Positions 14,066 through 28,801 of a stretch of DNA of 64,000 nt are shown here, in pieces. The stretch is from Eledone cirrhosa. Taxonomy: Eukaryota. Position numbers and translations under genes: made by a program. Within the stretch, counting starts at the first letter, position 1, and every line of letters starts with the position of its first letter. The stretch spans positions 19,654,001 through 19,718,000 of the forward strand of contig OZ024742.1 of the NCBI GenBank assembly GCA_964016885.1. The letters run 5' to 3'. The notes beneath the pieces are model-generated. The model saw only the letters and a program-made list of their open reading frames with translations. It did not search any database and was not told the origin of the DNA.

Positions 14066-14712
14066 AGGGCGGTGGATTGGTAGTATCACTAGAGAGTTGG
14101 GCACCATGCTTTGCAGTATAGAGTTATGGTCCTTTATGATCTGAGTTCATATCTCGCCGAGGTTAACTTTGCCTTTCATCCATACGGGGTCGATGAAATA
14201 AAGTACCAGTAACGTACTTGGGATCGATTTAATCGACTTTCCCCTCCCCCAAAATTACTGGCCTTGTGCCTATACTAGAAATCATTATTAGTGGATTGGC
14301 AGTATCGGTGGAGGGTCGGACGCCATGCTTTTCAGCACAGTTACGTCCCATTACGGTCTGAATTCAAATCCCGCCGAGGTTAACTTTGCCTTTCATCCTT
14401 ACAAGGTCGATGAAATAAAGTACCAGTAATACACTGGAATAATTGCTGGCCTTGTGCCAAAAGTAGAAACAATTATTAGAAATGGTAAGGCGGTGGATTG
14501 TTGGCAGCATCGGTAGAGCTCCGGTCACCCTGCTTTACAGTTACGATGCTTAACTTTCTGATTTCAAATCTACCCGAGGTTAGCTTTGACTTTTATCCTT
14601 ACGGGGTCGATAAAATAAATTACTAGTCACGCTCACGCACTGGGGTCGATTTAATCGACTTTCCCCTACCCCAAAATTGCTGGCCTTGTGCCTAAATCAG
14701 AAATCATTATTA
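14066..14712 (+). mobile_element. Cluster of tandem tRNA-derived SINEs with Meta-domain-like core
   Basis: Repeated GGCGGTGGATTGGCAG head, GAGTTCAAATCC B-box and GCCTTTCATCCTTACGGGGTCGATAAAATAAAGTACCAG core. Confidence 0.8.
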
Positions 14713-14721
14713 GAAATAGTG

Positions 14722-14935
14722 AAGGCAGCTCGCTTAGTGGTTAGGGTGTTCGGCTGAAGATCGTAAGGCCATGGGCTCGATTCCTGGCGATGTGTTGTGT
14801 CTTTGAACAAGATAATATATTTTACGTTACTACAGTCTACTACAGCTGGCAAAAATAAATTTTATCTGTATTTCAAGCAGACAACCTTGTCAAACGCTGA
14901 ATTTCCCTGAGAACTACGTAAAGGATGCACGTGTC
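14722..14935 (+). mobile_element. tRNA-derived SINE (Deu/Nin-like body)
   Basis: A-box TAGTGG and B-box GCTCGATTCC; related copies at 18125-18400, 43032-43290 (-), 46586-46830 (+) and 56840-57090 (-). Confidence 0.6.
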
Positions 14936-14938
14936 TAA

Positions 14939-15037
<99 letters not shown>

Positions 15038-15072
15038 AAAGGATGATTTGTTATGTCGTCTAAAAATATATA

Positions 15073-15935
15073 TCTATATATCGAAATCAGAGAATGTATG
15101 TCTCTGTCTGTCCCCCTAAAACTCGAGAACCACCCAACCGATTTTTTTTCAAACTTTACACATGTAATACTTATGGTCATGTGAGTGTTTTGAGCAAAAA
15201 ATATTTCAAATTTTCAATGCCCTAGGGACCGTATTAGGCGAAAATCCGCATATTTTAGGCTTTAGAGCCTTTTTGAGGCATAACGGAACAATAATCCAGG
15301 CGATTTCTTAAAAAATTGCATTAGTTATGACGTTTAAAGTGTTTTGAGTAAAACAGATTTTCTCATTTTTATCCCCAGGGATCGCATTAGGCTAAAACCG
15401 ATTTTTAAAAGCATTTTGGTTGCATTAGGGCCTGTAACTCGAGAAGTACCCAACCGATTTTTTAAAAACTTTGCATATGCATTACTTATGTTTCACAAAT
15501 TTTCTTGACTGAAAAAGGTTTCAAATTTTAGCACGGGGACCACATTATTTAGCATTTTGGTTACGTTAGGGCCTGTAGCCTTAAAAGTATCCAACTGAAT
15601 TCCTTCATGCTCTCCACCACTACAGTCCCACATGCTTACTGCTCTGTAACTATTGCTTTCATTGTACCATAGCACAACAAATACATGTTTGGTTTGTCGA
15701 ATGCCTTTTTACTTAACCCTATCGTCTTGGCTTTCGTGGGTTGAACATTTTACTCTCAGGCACCCAATTAAGTTAAACCCCTGGTAATCTACGACGATTT
15801 TTTTTTATAAGCACAAAATGTAGACACTATCCCCAGGCCGAGGTACTCCGTACTTCTCTGTACTGTTTCAGAAAGGAGGGATAAACATGCCAATCTATGT
15901 TTAGAATCCCGAGCAACGCCGGGCCATTCTGCTAG
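15073..15935 (+). mobile_element. Non-autonomous Helitron
   Basis: 5' TCTATATA, subterminal (GTCT)n, internal repeats, 3' GC-rich hairpin CCCGAGCAACGCCGGG then CTAG; inserted at A|T. Confidence 0.85.
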
Positions 15936-16371
15936 TATATATATATATATATATTTAGACGACATAACAAATCGTCGTTTTGGTTATATATATATATATA
16001 TATAAATGATTTCTTCAGGGCTAGATCAGGATAATTTCATACGAATGAAACAGTAGAAATCATTTCTATAATAAATATTGATGTTTAAACGCTAATAATG
16101 TATTGAGTACCTTATTAACTGTGGTTACCGCCGATTTAACTCGTAATCTACACACCACCACACACACAGACATGCATACACACATACACACATGCATACA
16201 CATACACATACTCACACACATATATATATATATATATACACACACATATATATATATATGCGTGTATATGTGCGTGTATATATATATATGTGTGTGTATA
16301 TGTGTGTGTATATGTGTGTGTGTATATATGTGTCTGTGTGTGTGTGTGTATATCTGTGTGTGTGTGGTGTA

Positions 16372-16407
<36 letters not shown>

Positions 16408-16684
16408 AGCAAGGCTGCGCTGTTATTCCGTACGCCGTATTGTTGATACAGAGCCAGCTAAGCTAATTCAGGTGAATAACCTACTCTCCTGTTATGCAAC
16501 GCAGTAAAATTAGATCGAAGATCAACGATGGAGGTGTATCGTCTATGAAATATATATTAATAATTGGCACAACCGGGAATCGAACCCAGATATACACAAC
16601 TAAATATTTAATCCATTCTTGTTTCAAGAACGTCATCACTGTGAATGTAAGCAGCCAGACATATGCTGCGTGTGACCTAAAAAA

Positions 16685-16736
<52 letters not shown>

Positions 16737-17026
16737 ATATATATATGTATGTGTGTGTGTGGATATGTGTGTATATATATATATATATGTGTGTGTGTAT
16801 ATATGATATATATAGAGAGAGGGAGAATTATGTAAGCACACACACACACAGACATACATGCAAACACATACACACATGTTATGTAAGCAACCAAATGCGT
16901 CACGGTAGTGATTCCCTGAGCTGTCGCCTATAGAATTCTAGTTTTCAGAATTTGCTAGAAGCATGTGTGTTATTACAATGTAGAACCCAAGAGACGGTAA
17001 GTAAGAATATAAGAACTTGATATGTC

Positions 17027-17106
<80 letters not shown>

Positions 17107-17253
17107 GCGGGTATCTAAAAATTAATTTGAAAATTAACTTTTTGTCACTCGATAGAGTGAGTAGATCGGAGATAAGAGAGTCGCTCCAGGTAGAGCCGCT
17201 ACATCTCCGAATTGAGAGATCACAGCTCTGATACTATGGACATGTGATTGGAA

Positions 17254-17315
<62 letters not shown>

Positions 17316-18724
17316 TAGAGGAAGAATCAATCCCAGTACTAGATTGGTACTGCTATTGATTTGAATGGATGAAAGGTAAAGTTGATCTCTGTGGAATTTG
17401 AACTCAGAGAGTAGAGAGCCGCTGTACCCGACGTTCTAACAATTGTCAATTCACCACCTTCACAAAATATAGTACCAGTCAAATACTGGTTTTAATTTAA
17501 TCAACTTTGCCTTTCTCCCAAATTTTCTGGCCTTGAGTTTAAGATTAGAAATCAATATGAGGACGGTGGAGCAGAGTTGTTGGATGCAGTGTCGGTTTTA
17601 GGACAAATGAGACCCTGTACGAGTTAAGTTATGAGGCCCCTTATCTGGACCCTGAAGGAAGTAAAACATTGTCTGGTAGGAAGATGGGATCCCATGGCCA
17701 ATGGGGCCGTGTGCCTTAGAACACCTAAGCACAATTGTAAATCCGACACTGGTTGTATGGTTGAGGATGGAAGTTGTTGATAGCCAGGGTGTGATTGAAA
17801 GACTACAGTTTGTTAGGTGAAGTGATAGGGAAGCTGTCGAAATATCTATGTCATGGGCCCCATGCGACCACAGAAGAACCAAAGAATTAAGTTATAAGTA
17901 TACACCTCATTAATGGAGGTGTCTGATCTAGTGGTGTGTTGGACTTACGATCACAATGTCTTGAGTTCGATTCCCAGGTACTGGAGTTGATTTAATCAAC
18001 TTTACACATCCCCGAATTTACTGGCCTAGTACCTAAATTAGAAATCGAAATTAATTACCACATGAAAGGCTAGTGGACGGTCAGAATTGGTATTGTGGTA
18101 TTTGTTCTGTCTTTTTACATTCCAGTGGCGGCGCGTAGCCTAGTGGTAAAGTAGTTAGACTTACAATCATAATCTCATAGGTTCGATTCCTGGGCTGAGT
18201 TGTGGGGTGTTCTTGAGTTAAACACTCCATTTCACATTGCTCCAGCATACTCAGCTGAAAAGAAGTACCAGTTATAGCTGGGAGTTAACTCTGAGATGCG
18301 CTGACGTACTGTCCATGGACTCTCAGTCTCTTCCACCACAGACACCGGAAGAAGGTCCGCCCTGATGAGTCTTCGGGGTCGAGATAGAATATATACTTTT
18401 TACTCGCATCTTTGGAATGCTATGGCAAATACACTTTAATTTCATGAGCTGTCTATCCTGTTACGTTGATCGAACAGCTGGAACACTCATCGTCGAACCC
18501 GACTGAGGCCCATTTCAATCATGTCCAGTGAGTATGGGGTATAGTCGATATGTCTAGTAACGTTGTATGTTGTATTCTCTGTAGTATTCCCAAGAAACGG
18601 AAACTTCACTTATGTACCGCCTAGTGATCTATCATTCATCACATACACACACACATATATGTATATACACACACACACACACATATATATATGTGTGTAT
18701 ATACATATATATGTATATAAATAT

Positions 18725-18755
<31 letters not shown>

Positions 18756-18764
18756 CATGTATAT

Positions 18765-18798
<34 letters not shown>

Positions 18799-18835
18799 TC
18801 ACATGTATATATATATGTATGAAGATATATACATG

Positions 18836-18931
<96 letters not shown>

Positions 18932-18972
18932 TGAATAACACGGTTGACAGTACAAACAAGGATATTTATTTA

Positions 18973-19081
18973 CAGTCTTACAATTGTTTCCATGATAGAG
19001 TTGTCTATAAATTGCTAAATACTGGAGACAGTATAACTCAATTTGCAATACATCTAACTTCAATCATTTCATCAGAAACTA
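18973..19081 (-). ncRNA. Type I hammerhead ribozyme motif with long stem II
   Basis: Minus strand: tagttt-CTGATGA-long stem-GAAA-caattg-TA-agactg. Confidence 0.75.
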
Positions 19082-19291
19082 TTAAGAAATATAAAATATA
19101 TGCGTAACGGTAAACTTAAAAATTCAAATTACTACATCAATAATAGTATTAATGATAAATAAATAAAGGAAGGGGGACAGATGGAAATGAGAGAGAAAGA
19201 AAGAAAATGACGAAAGGAGGAACGAAGATATAGCATATATATATATATATATATGTGTGTAGGAGGTGAGTTTTATTGTAGCACAATAAAG

Positions 19292-19404
<113 letters not shown>

Positions 19405-19429
19405 TGTAATAAACAACACAAGGCAATTA

Positions 19430-19490
19430 TTTCATTAACCAGTGGTTTCTTAAATGCAAAAAAATGTTGCTTTCAATCATCAGAATGAAA
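19430..19490 (-). ncRNA. Type I hammerhead ribozyme motif
   Basis: Minus strand: tttcatt-CTGATGA-ttgaaagcaa...ttgcatttaa-GAAA-ccactgg-TT-aatgaaa. Confidence 0.8.
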
Positions 19491-19527
19491 AAATCCTGGT
19501 GTATTTATTGGCGTTGGATTTTAAAAA

Positions 19528-19618
<91 letters not shown>

Positions 19619-19736
19619 AATATATACATGTATATATATATATATATCCACCCCACTACCACCCCCACTCTCAAGAGCGTGAAACTAATAAACCTTTGTT
19701 TGTACTGCCTCTCTGTTTTGTTCTCGTTCCATTTTC

Positions 19737-19822
<86 letters not shown>

Positions 19823-19873
19823 ATATGTATGTAGATATATGTATATATATATATGTATATGTATATATATATA

Positions 19874-19911
<38 letters not shown>

Positions 19912-20243
19912 CACACATACACACACACATATATATATATATACATTATATATTGTGTAATAAACATCCTGTTGTTGGTGGCGACCTTCACTGATTTATA
20001 ATGACGATCAGATGATATACATACATATGCATATATATATATACATATATACACATATACATAAACACATTCATACATATATACATACACACATACATAC
20101 ATATATACATACATATATATATACATACATAAATATATACATACATATATAAATACATACACGTAGCTAGATATGTATGGATGTATTTATGTACGTATGC
20201 ATATACATACATACATACATACATACATACATACATACATACA

Positions 20244-20278
<35 letters not shown>

Positions 20279-20334
20279 CAATGCATGACATAGATACAAA
20301 CAAACACATAATTAATATATGCATATTCACAGGT

Positions 20335-20374
<40 letters not shown>

Positions 20375-20424
20375 GAATAGCCTTGACTGATAAACTGTCA
20401 GTTGACAGCTGTTTCACACACAAT

Positions 20425-21800
20425 TGTATGTTTGTATGTATGTATGTGTGTACGTGTGTATGTATGTATGTGTGTATGTATGTATGTGTGTATGTATGTA
20501 TGTATGTATGTATGTATGTATGTATGTATGTAGGTATGTATGTGTGAATGTATGTGTGTGTGTATGTATGTGTGTATGTATATAGGTATGTATGTATGTG
20601 TGTATGTATGCATGTATGTATGTATGTATGTGTGTATGTATGTATGTATGTGTGTATGTGTGTATGTATGTATGTATGTAGGTATGTATGTGTGTATGTA
20701 TGTGTGTGTGTATGTATGCATGTATGTATGTATGTATGTGTGTATGTATGTATGTATGTGTGTATGTATGCATGTATGTATGTATGTATGTATGTATGTA
20801 GTGTTTGTGGCATTTAATTAACCATTATGTATGTATATGTATATATATGTATGTATGTATATGTATATATATGTATGTATGTATATGTATATATATGTAT
20901 GTATGTATATGTATATATATGTATGTATATGTATATATATGTATGTATGTATATGTATATATATGTATGTATGTATATGTATATATATGTATATATATGT
21001 ATGTATGTATATGTATATATATGTATGTATGTATATGTATATATGTGTATGTATGTATATGTATGTATGTATATGTATATATATGTATGTATGTATATGT
21101 ATGTATGTATATGTATATATATGTGTATGTATATGTATATATATATGTATGTATATGTATGTGTATATGTATGTATATGTATATATATATGTATGTATAT
21201 ATATATATATATGTATGTATATGTATATATATATGTATGTATATGTATATATATATGTATGTATATGTATATATGTATGTATATATGTATATGTATGTAT
21301 ATGTATATATGTATGTATATGTATATATGTATGTATGTATATGTATATGTGTATGTATGTATATGTATATATGTATGTATATGTATATGTATATGTATGT
21401 ATATATATATGTATGTATATATATATATATATATGTGTATGTATATATATGTATGTATGTATATGTATATATATATGTATGTGTATGTATATATGTATGT
21501 ATATGTATATATGTATGTATATGTATATATATATATATGTATATATATATATGTATGTATATATATGTGTATGTATATATGTATGTATATGTATATATAT
21601 ATATATGTATATATATATATGTATGTATATATATGTGTATGTATATATATGTATGTATGTATATGTATATATATATGTATGTGTATGTATATATGTATGT
21701 ATATGTATATATGTATGTATATGTATATATATATATATGTATATATATATATGTATGTATATATATATATATGTATGTATGTATGTATATATATATATAT
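20425..21800. repeat. Compound (TATG)n/(TATATG)n/(TA)n microsatellite
   Basis: About 1.4 kb composed almost entirely of T, A and G; one of many microsatellite tracts in the window. Confidence 0.95.
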
Positions 21801-22410
21801 GTCAGGTCACCAGTTGGTGCTACTGGTAACATGTATTCCAGTACAACCTGTCCCATGGTCGGGTCGTTGGCGACTAAACTGGCAACCCCACCAAGGTTTC
21901 TTGGTGAGGAGGGTGACTTTGGACATCCTGCAGGACTAAAAACAAAACCTGTCAAAAGGCAAAGGAGCTCTTAAGAGTCAATGGCCATCCAAAATCACCG
22001 GGAGAGATGACCCCTTAGCCTTTGTCAAGGCAGAATTCTAGGAGAAGGAAAACTCTGATATAACACCTGCAACCCTGATGGTATCCAATGATGTTGACTT
22101 GTTCTTCTTTTTGGTAAATATCATCTTGGTTAAGAGAGTGGGACTGGCTTTGTGCAGTGCCTTTGCTCACTATAAAAGCTTCACGGCACAGGCATTGCTT
22201 TATATCTGGAGATCTCTCTGCATTTGTCGTCACATGGTACCATGGGCCCAGCACTATGTGTCAATAATTGTCACAAGTGTAGTGTTTGTACCAGAGCTTT
22301 CAAGTCGCTGGCTGGACTAAAAAGTCACACTCGTTCAGCGCATCAGTAGGGGTTCTCCTACATGGATATAAAGTAGTGGCCGTACTCGAAAACGAGTTGG
22401 CAGCCACCAT
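21801..22410 (+). mobile_element. Non-autonomous RTE-derived element, longest copy
   Basis: Same sequence as 13200 copy with extra 5' bases; residual CHKCSVCTR...LKSHTRSAH coding; (TATG)n tail. Confidence 0.85.
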
Positions 22411-22686
22411 GTATGTATGTATGTATGTATGTATGTATGTATGTATGTATGTATGTATGTATGTATGTAGGTATGTATGTGTGTATGTATGTGTGTGTGT
22501 ATGTATGTGTGTATGTATGTATGTGTGTATGTATGTATGTATGTGTGTATGTATGCATGTATGTATGTATGCATGTATGTATGTATGTATGTATGTATGT
22601 GTGTATGTATGTATGTATGTATGTATGTTTGTATATAGGTATGTATGTATCAAGTGTGTATGTATTTATGCATGGACAGACATATG

Positions 22687-22723
<37 letters not shown>

Positions 22724-23897
22724 GTATTTAAGTATGTGTATGGTGACGTGTATATGGTAGGGTAGAGGAGACAGTGGCGTTGGTGACCTGCTCGGACACC
22801 AGAGTATGTGGGAAGTGTGTGACAGACTAAACTGTCCTGACTTAGCACGTGACATCTCTACGTCAGTTAATGTTTTCCAACAACACTGCCATCCGGGTGA
22901 CTACGTGACACGTGATGGTATTTTAGTAACAGAGAGAGAGGGGGGGGGGGAGATATATATATATAGAGAGAGAGAGAGAGATAGTGGGATATATATATAT
23001 ATATATAGAGAGAGAGAGGGGGGGGGAGATGTATATATATAGAGAGAGAGGGGAGAGAGAGAGAGAGAGAGAGAGGGGGAGATATATATATAGAGAGAGA
23101 GAGAGTGGAGGGAGATATATATATAGAGAGAGAGAGAGAGGGGGATATATATATATATATAGAGAGAGAGAGAGGGGTGGAAGAGAGAGAGATATATAGA
23201 GAGAGGGGAGAAATATATATAGAGAGAGAGAGCGAGGGGAGAAATATATATATAGAGAGAGAACGAGGGGAGAGAGAGGGAGAGAGAAATAAAGAAAAAA
23301 GAAGAGCGTGAGAGACCTTCACCGATTTATATAGAAACTTGTAATATTGGATTTTTGCGCCACCGCCACCACCACCGCCATCACCACCACCACCGCCACC
23401 ACGTATATCTTTACAAACATGACCACCACCACCACCGCTATCTACACCAGCACCTCCACCGTCATTATCATCACTGGAACCACCACCTAATCCTCACTAC
23501 CACCACCACCACCACATCACCACAACCACCACCACATAACCAACACCACACAATCCCCACAACCACCACCACCATCGTCACCGTCAACATTATTACCACC
23601 GCCACCACCACCACTAATATTTTCTATTTCAGATAAGTGACAGTTGTAAAAGCCAGACACAAGATTGCAATTTCAAAAGTTTATTAAGTTAACAGTTAAT
23701 TCCACGGCAGACAACTCTTCAGTAGTGATTGTCGTACGTTCAATCCCAGAATCTTCGTCAAGTATTATATTGGAGGATATTGAGTTGTTTTATTTGAATT
23801 TCTTTTATAACTTGATGCTGTTTAAATCGAAATCAGCTTTATGAATCGGGACCATGGCATCGTTATTCAGAGTTGACATACATACATACATACATAC

Positions 23898-24490
23898 ATG
23901 GTGGCTGCCAACTCGTTTTCGAGTACGGCCACTACTTTATATCCATGTAGGAGAACCCCTACCGATGCGCTGAACGAGTGTGACTTTTTAGTCCAGCCAG
24001 CGACTTGAAAACTCTGGTACAAACACTACACTTGTGACAATTATTGACACATAGTGCTTTGCCTTTGGTACCATGTGACGACAAGTGCAGAGAGATCTCC
24101 AGATATAAAGCAATGCCTGTGCCGTGAAGCTTTTATAGTGAGCAAAGGCACTGCACAAAGCCAGTCCCACTCTCTTAACCAAGATGATATTTACCAAAAA
24201 GAAGAACAAGTCAACATCATTGGATACCATCAAGGTTGCAGGTGTTATATCAAAGTTTTCCTTCTCCTAGAATTCTGCCTTGACAAAGGCTAAGGGGTCA
24301 TCTCTCCCAGTGATTTTGGATGGCCATTGACTCTTAAGAGCTCCTTTGCCCTTTGACAGGTTTTGTTTTTAGTCCTGCAGGATGTCCAAAGTCACCCTCC
24401 TCACCAAGAAACCTTGGTGGGGTTGCCAGTTTAGTCGCCAACGACCCGACCATGAGACAGGTTGTACTGGGATACATGTTACCAGTAGCA
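23898..24490 (-). mobile_element. Non-autonomous RTE-derived element, inverted copy
   Basis: Reverse complement of 21820-22410, embedded in (CATA)n. Confidence 0.85.
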
Positions 24491-24547
24491 CATACATACA
24501 TACATACATACATACATACATACATACATACATACATACATAGCTAG

Positions 24548-24891
<344 letters not shown>

Positions 24892-24893
<2 letters not shown>

Positions 24894-25776
24894 AGGTGTG
24901 TCAGAAAAGTTCCAGGACTGATGTTACAAAAGATTTATTTCAAACCCAAACTTCACACTAAGAGTTTTCTCCTTCAAAGTAATCCCCCTGGAGTATGTAA
25001 CTGTAATCTTAGCTCTCTGCAGCGATCAAACTTTTTTCTTCATAATTTTATATACATGTCCTCTGTTTCAGGTCGTCAAGCAATGAGTACAGGGCAACGA
25101 ACAGACTTGAAGTTTCTGATACGGTTGGGGAAAACTCCGTCAGAAGCACTGGGATTGCTGCAGCAAGTGTATGGAGATGAGACGATGTCACGCTCACGTA
25201 TTTTTGAGTGGTGCAAGATGATCCCAGGAGCGGAAGGCCCTCAGTAACCAGGACTGAGGTCAACGTTGAGCGCGTCAGGCAGATGGTGCGTAGCGATCGT
25301 TGGCCCTCTGTTCGACTGATGGCAAATGAGCTGGGTATGAATCGGGACAGCGTCTGGAAGATTCTCACTGAAGATTTGGACATGCGGAAAGTCTGCGCGA
25401 AGATTGTGCCAAAACTGCTGAACGATGACCTCAAGGGTCGACGCATGCAAGTGTGCCAGGACATCCTCGAGCGTCTTGAAACCGAACCAGACATGCTAGG
25501 GATAGTCATCACCGGTGATGAGTCATGGATCTTCGAGTACGACCCGGAAGGGAGCCGTTTTGAAGACGTGGACGACATCGAAAAGGCCGTGACGACCGAA
25601 CTGCGGAGGATCCCGGAAGAATCCTTCCAGGAGTGCATGCAAGCATGGCAGAAAAGGATGGAAAAGTGTATTAGACTCCAGGGGGATTACTTTGAATGAG
25701 AAAACTCTTAGTGTGAAGTTTGGGTTTGAAATAAATCTTTTGTGACATCAGTCCTGGAACTTTTCTGACACACCTC

Positions 25777-25777
<1 letters not shown>
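24892..25777 (+). mobile_element. Internally deleted mariner transposon
   Basis: ~80-bp terminal inverted repeats (CxAGGTGTGTCAGAAAAGTTCC), (TA)n flanks; transposase relic 25083-25699 with DDPRSGRP, KIVPKLL, TGDESW joined directly to the C-terminus. Confidence 0.95.
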
Positions 25778-25815
<38 letters not shown>

Positions 25816-25845
25816 AACAGAAGATGGTTAAAGGAGTTCCATGTA

Positions 25846-25912
25846 TTTTATTATGCGCATTTCAAAAACAAACATCATCATGCAATAATATTTGTGTTTT
25901 CATCAGATAAAA
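25846..25912 (-). ncRNA. Minimal type I hammerhead in pLTR
   Basis: ttttat-CTGATGA-stem II-GAAA-tgcgca-TA-ataaaa. Confidence 0.85.
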
Positions 25913-28493
25913 CAGGAGGACATGATATGAAGGCTAAAAAAAAACACTTGTGGATAGTGCAGTTTTAAATCAACATATGAGAAGTAGTTTTAGATTGATG
26001 TGTGATATTGGGAAAAATATTTTATTTAGAGGGGGGGGGGATGACAAAAAGAGGAGGAGATGAGAGTGAAGGATGAGATAGAAGGAGAGATGGGTGATAG
26101 AGAGAGAGAGAGATAGTTTTTATAACTGAGAAAGATATATTGTTTTACATAGAGAGGTTGAAAACCGTTGGAAGATAATGTATAAATTAAAAGAATTGGA
26201 AAATTAACGAAGAAGGAGAGGGAGTTAATATGTATTGAGAATAATGAGTTTGATGATAGAGAGAAGAGAATAATGAATTGCGGATGAATATTCTAACGTC
26301 AAAAAAAGTGTGTATGTTTACAAGTATTATGGAAATTTGAAAATTAACGAAGAGAAAAAAATGTAAAGTTAAGGTTTGTATATTGAAGGATTTGAGAAAA
26401 ATAATGTGAAGTTAAGGTTTGTATATTGAAGGAATTGATAATATGTGCGAAGAAAAAGTTAATATGTATTGAGAATGAGTTAGATGATAGGGAGAAAAAA
26501 ATAATGAATTAAGGATGAATAATCTGGCGTCAAAACAAATGTATATGTTTACGAAGGATTTTACAAGGTGAAAATAGAGTAAGGGTAATGAGTAAACAAG
26601 TATTATAGAGTGTATAATACCCTTTGAAATAAGGTAGGAAGATGGGTATATTTTAAAAGAGGTGTATGTATATGTGCCTTTGAGAAAAAGATTCTAAATT
26701 GATAAAGAATTGAATATTAGCTGTATACTTTGTGAAATGTTTTATGGAATTTATGCAAGCAGATAGAAAACAAGTCAGTTCATCTATTTATTATAGAATC
26801 TAGATTAGAGATAATGGTAAATTTTTCATTTAGGCAGAGATTGCAGATTTTAGATATAGAACTGTTCAAGTATGAAGACGCAGAAGAAACCTTCTTCCAA
26901 AAGATGGTATATTTAATGTTTTTGTCTTTCAAGGACCATATGAGTTCTGAGAGAGCCGTGTTGGTTCTTTTAAGTTTGTATTTAAAAGATGAATGATGAT
27001 TATAGAGACGAGCTTTAAAAGAGGTGGAAGTGGAGCCAAAATAGGTGAAGGAATTGGTGTTAGTTATAACTTTACATTCATAAATTAAGTTTTTATCAAG
27101 ACAATGGTTGTTGAGAGGACATTTATTTTTAATAGGGCAATTGCAATTGCAATTAGAGAGATTATTAATGAGTGACCTAGTGTTATCTATAGAAGGAATT
27201 GGATTGGAGAAGTTGTTTGCGATAGGAATAATAGTTTCTTGATTTAGAGTTGGATTATGAATATTTAGCGAAGTTCTGTTTGACGTTGTATTTGGGTTTG
27301 CAGAAGTTAGCCTAGGGTTTACAATGACGTCGGGAGTACTATTACTATTATTATGAAATTCAGTGTTGGAAGGAAGAGATTTAGTATTTAGTATTTTATT
27401 GTTGTGTTTAGAGATAATGTTGGAAATATTGGAGGATGTAGAATAAGAAAATTTTATGGTGTGTTTGTTAAATATTTTACTATAGATATGTGAGGGAGGG
27501 AAGCATTTATTTAAGGCACTAAAGAATAATTTAGGAATATTGTTATTAATAGAGATGGAGAAAGGAGCATTATACCAGATTATGTTTTTGTATCTAGGTC
27601 TTTTATTAAAGTTATTGGAATGATCATGATTAATTATTCTACTGTAAGTTCTTCTAGAATTTGATCTTTACTATATTTGATTTAACTGGATAGCCGGCTT
27701 TAGAAAGTGCGTTATTATAGTAATTGGCGTTAGCATCAAAGATGTTTTTATTAGAAGATAGGTTAGATATTCTTTTTCCAATATTACTAACTATAGCATT
27801 CTTGATATTAGTAGGATGGTTAGATTTAAAGTTAACATAATTTAGGTTCTCATTGTTTTTATGGTAAGGGTAATATAGGCCAGTGTCAAGATTAAGAGAT
27901 ACATCCAAGAAATTAGCTAGTTTGATACTGTTATCAAATTCAATTTTTAGGTTATGTTGGTTAAAGAGATTACGTATATTGTTCTTAATAATATTAAGGT
28001 TAACTAATAATATTAAGGTTAACTAATATACAAACCTTAACTTTACATTTTTTCCTCTTCGTTAATTTTCAAATTTCCATAATACTTGTAAACATACACA
28101 CTTTTTTTTTACGTTAGAATATTCATCCGCAATTCATTATTCTCTTCTCTCTATCATCAAACTCATTATTCTCAATACATATTAACTCCCTCTCCTTCTT
28201 CGTTAATTTTCCAATTCTTTTAATTTATACATTATCTTCCAGCGGTTTTCAACCTCTCTATGTAAAACAATATATCTTTCTCAGTTATAAAAACTATCTC
28301 TCTCTCTCTATCACCCATCTCTCCTCCTATCTCATCCTTCACTCTCATCTCCTCCTCTTTTTTTCGCCCCCCCCCCTCTAAATAAAATATTTTACCCAAT
28401 ATCACACATCAATCTAAAACTACTTCTCATATGTTGATTTAAAACTGCACTATCCACAAGTGTTTTTTTTAGCCTTCATATCATTTCCTCCTG

Positions 28494-28560
28494 TTTTATC
28501 TGATGAAAACACAAATATTATTGCATGATGATGTTTGTTTTCGAAATGCGCATAATAAAA
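28494..28560 (+). ncRNA. Minimal type I hammerhead in inverted pLTR
   Basis: ttttat-CTGATGA-aaacacaaat...atgtttgttttc-GAAA-tgcgca-TA-ataaaa. Confidence 0.85.
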
Positions 28561-28693
28561 TACATGGAACTCCTTTAACCATCTTCTGTTCTTATATATT
28601 ATGTATACTCCAGTCCTACAAACTGTAGAGTGCTTCTTATCCGATATCTGCATTGCTTTATTGTACTACAATAAAACTCACCTCCTACATATA

Positions 28694-28787
<94 letters not shown>

Positions 28788-28801
28788 CAAACATATATAT
28801 A

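Larger units (their letters stand above)
25809..28690 (-). mobile_element. 5'-truncated Penelope-like element (Naiad-type) with inverted pseudo-LTR
   Basis: Minus-strand FLDVSL..SNHP (RT thumb), IIWYNAPFS, CNCPIKNKCPLNNHC, LIY...YFG (GIY-YIG) over about 26800-27965; ~570-bp inverted arms 25809-26385 / 28025-28597. Confidence 0.92.

Noticed and set aside
18125-18196. tRNA gene
   Set aside because: tRNA-like A/B boxes continue into a SINE body and no good cloverleaf can be formed
18355-18390. CTGATGA-gtcttcggggtc-GAGA as a hammerhead
   Set aside because: No GAAA box or stem I; lies at the 3' end of a SINE
21801-21925. Twister ribozyme in the RTE-derived 5' end (GAGGAGGGT present)
   Set aside because: The remaining twister motifs and pseudoknot pairings could not be assembled by eye
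20187-21974. Long YI/HT/CV/MY-rich ORFs here and throughout the window
   Set aside because: Translations of (TA)n, (CA)n and (TATG)n microsatellites
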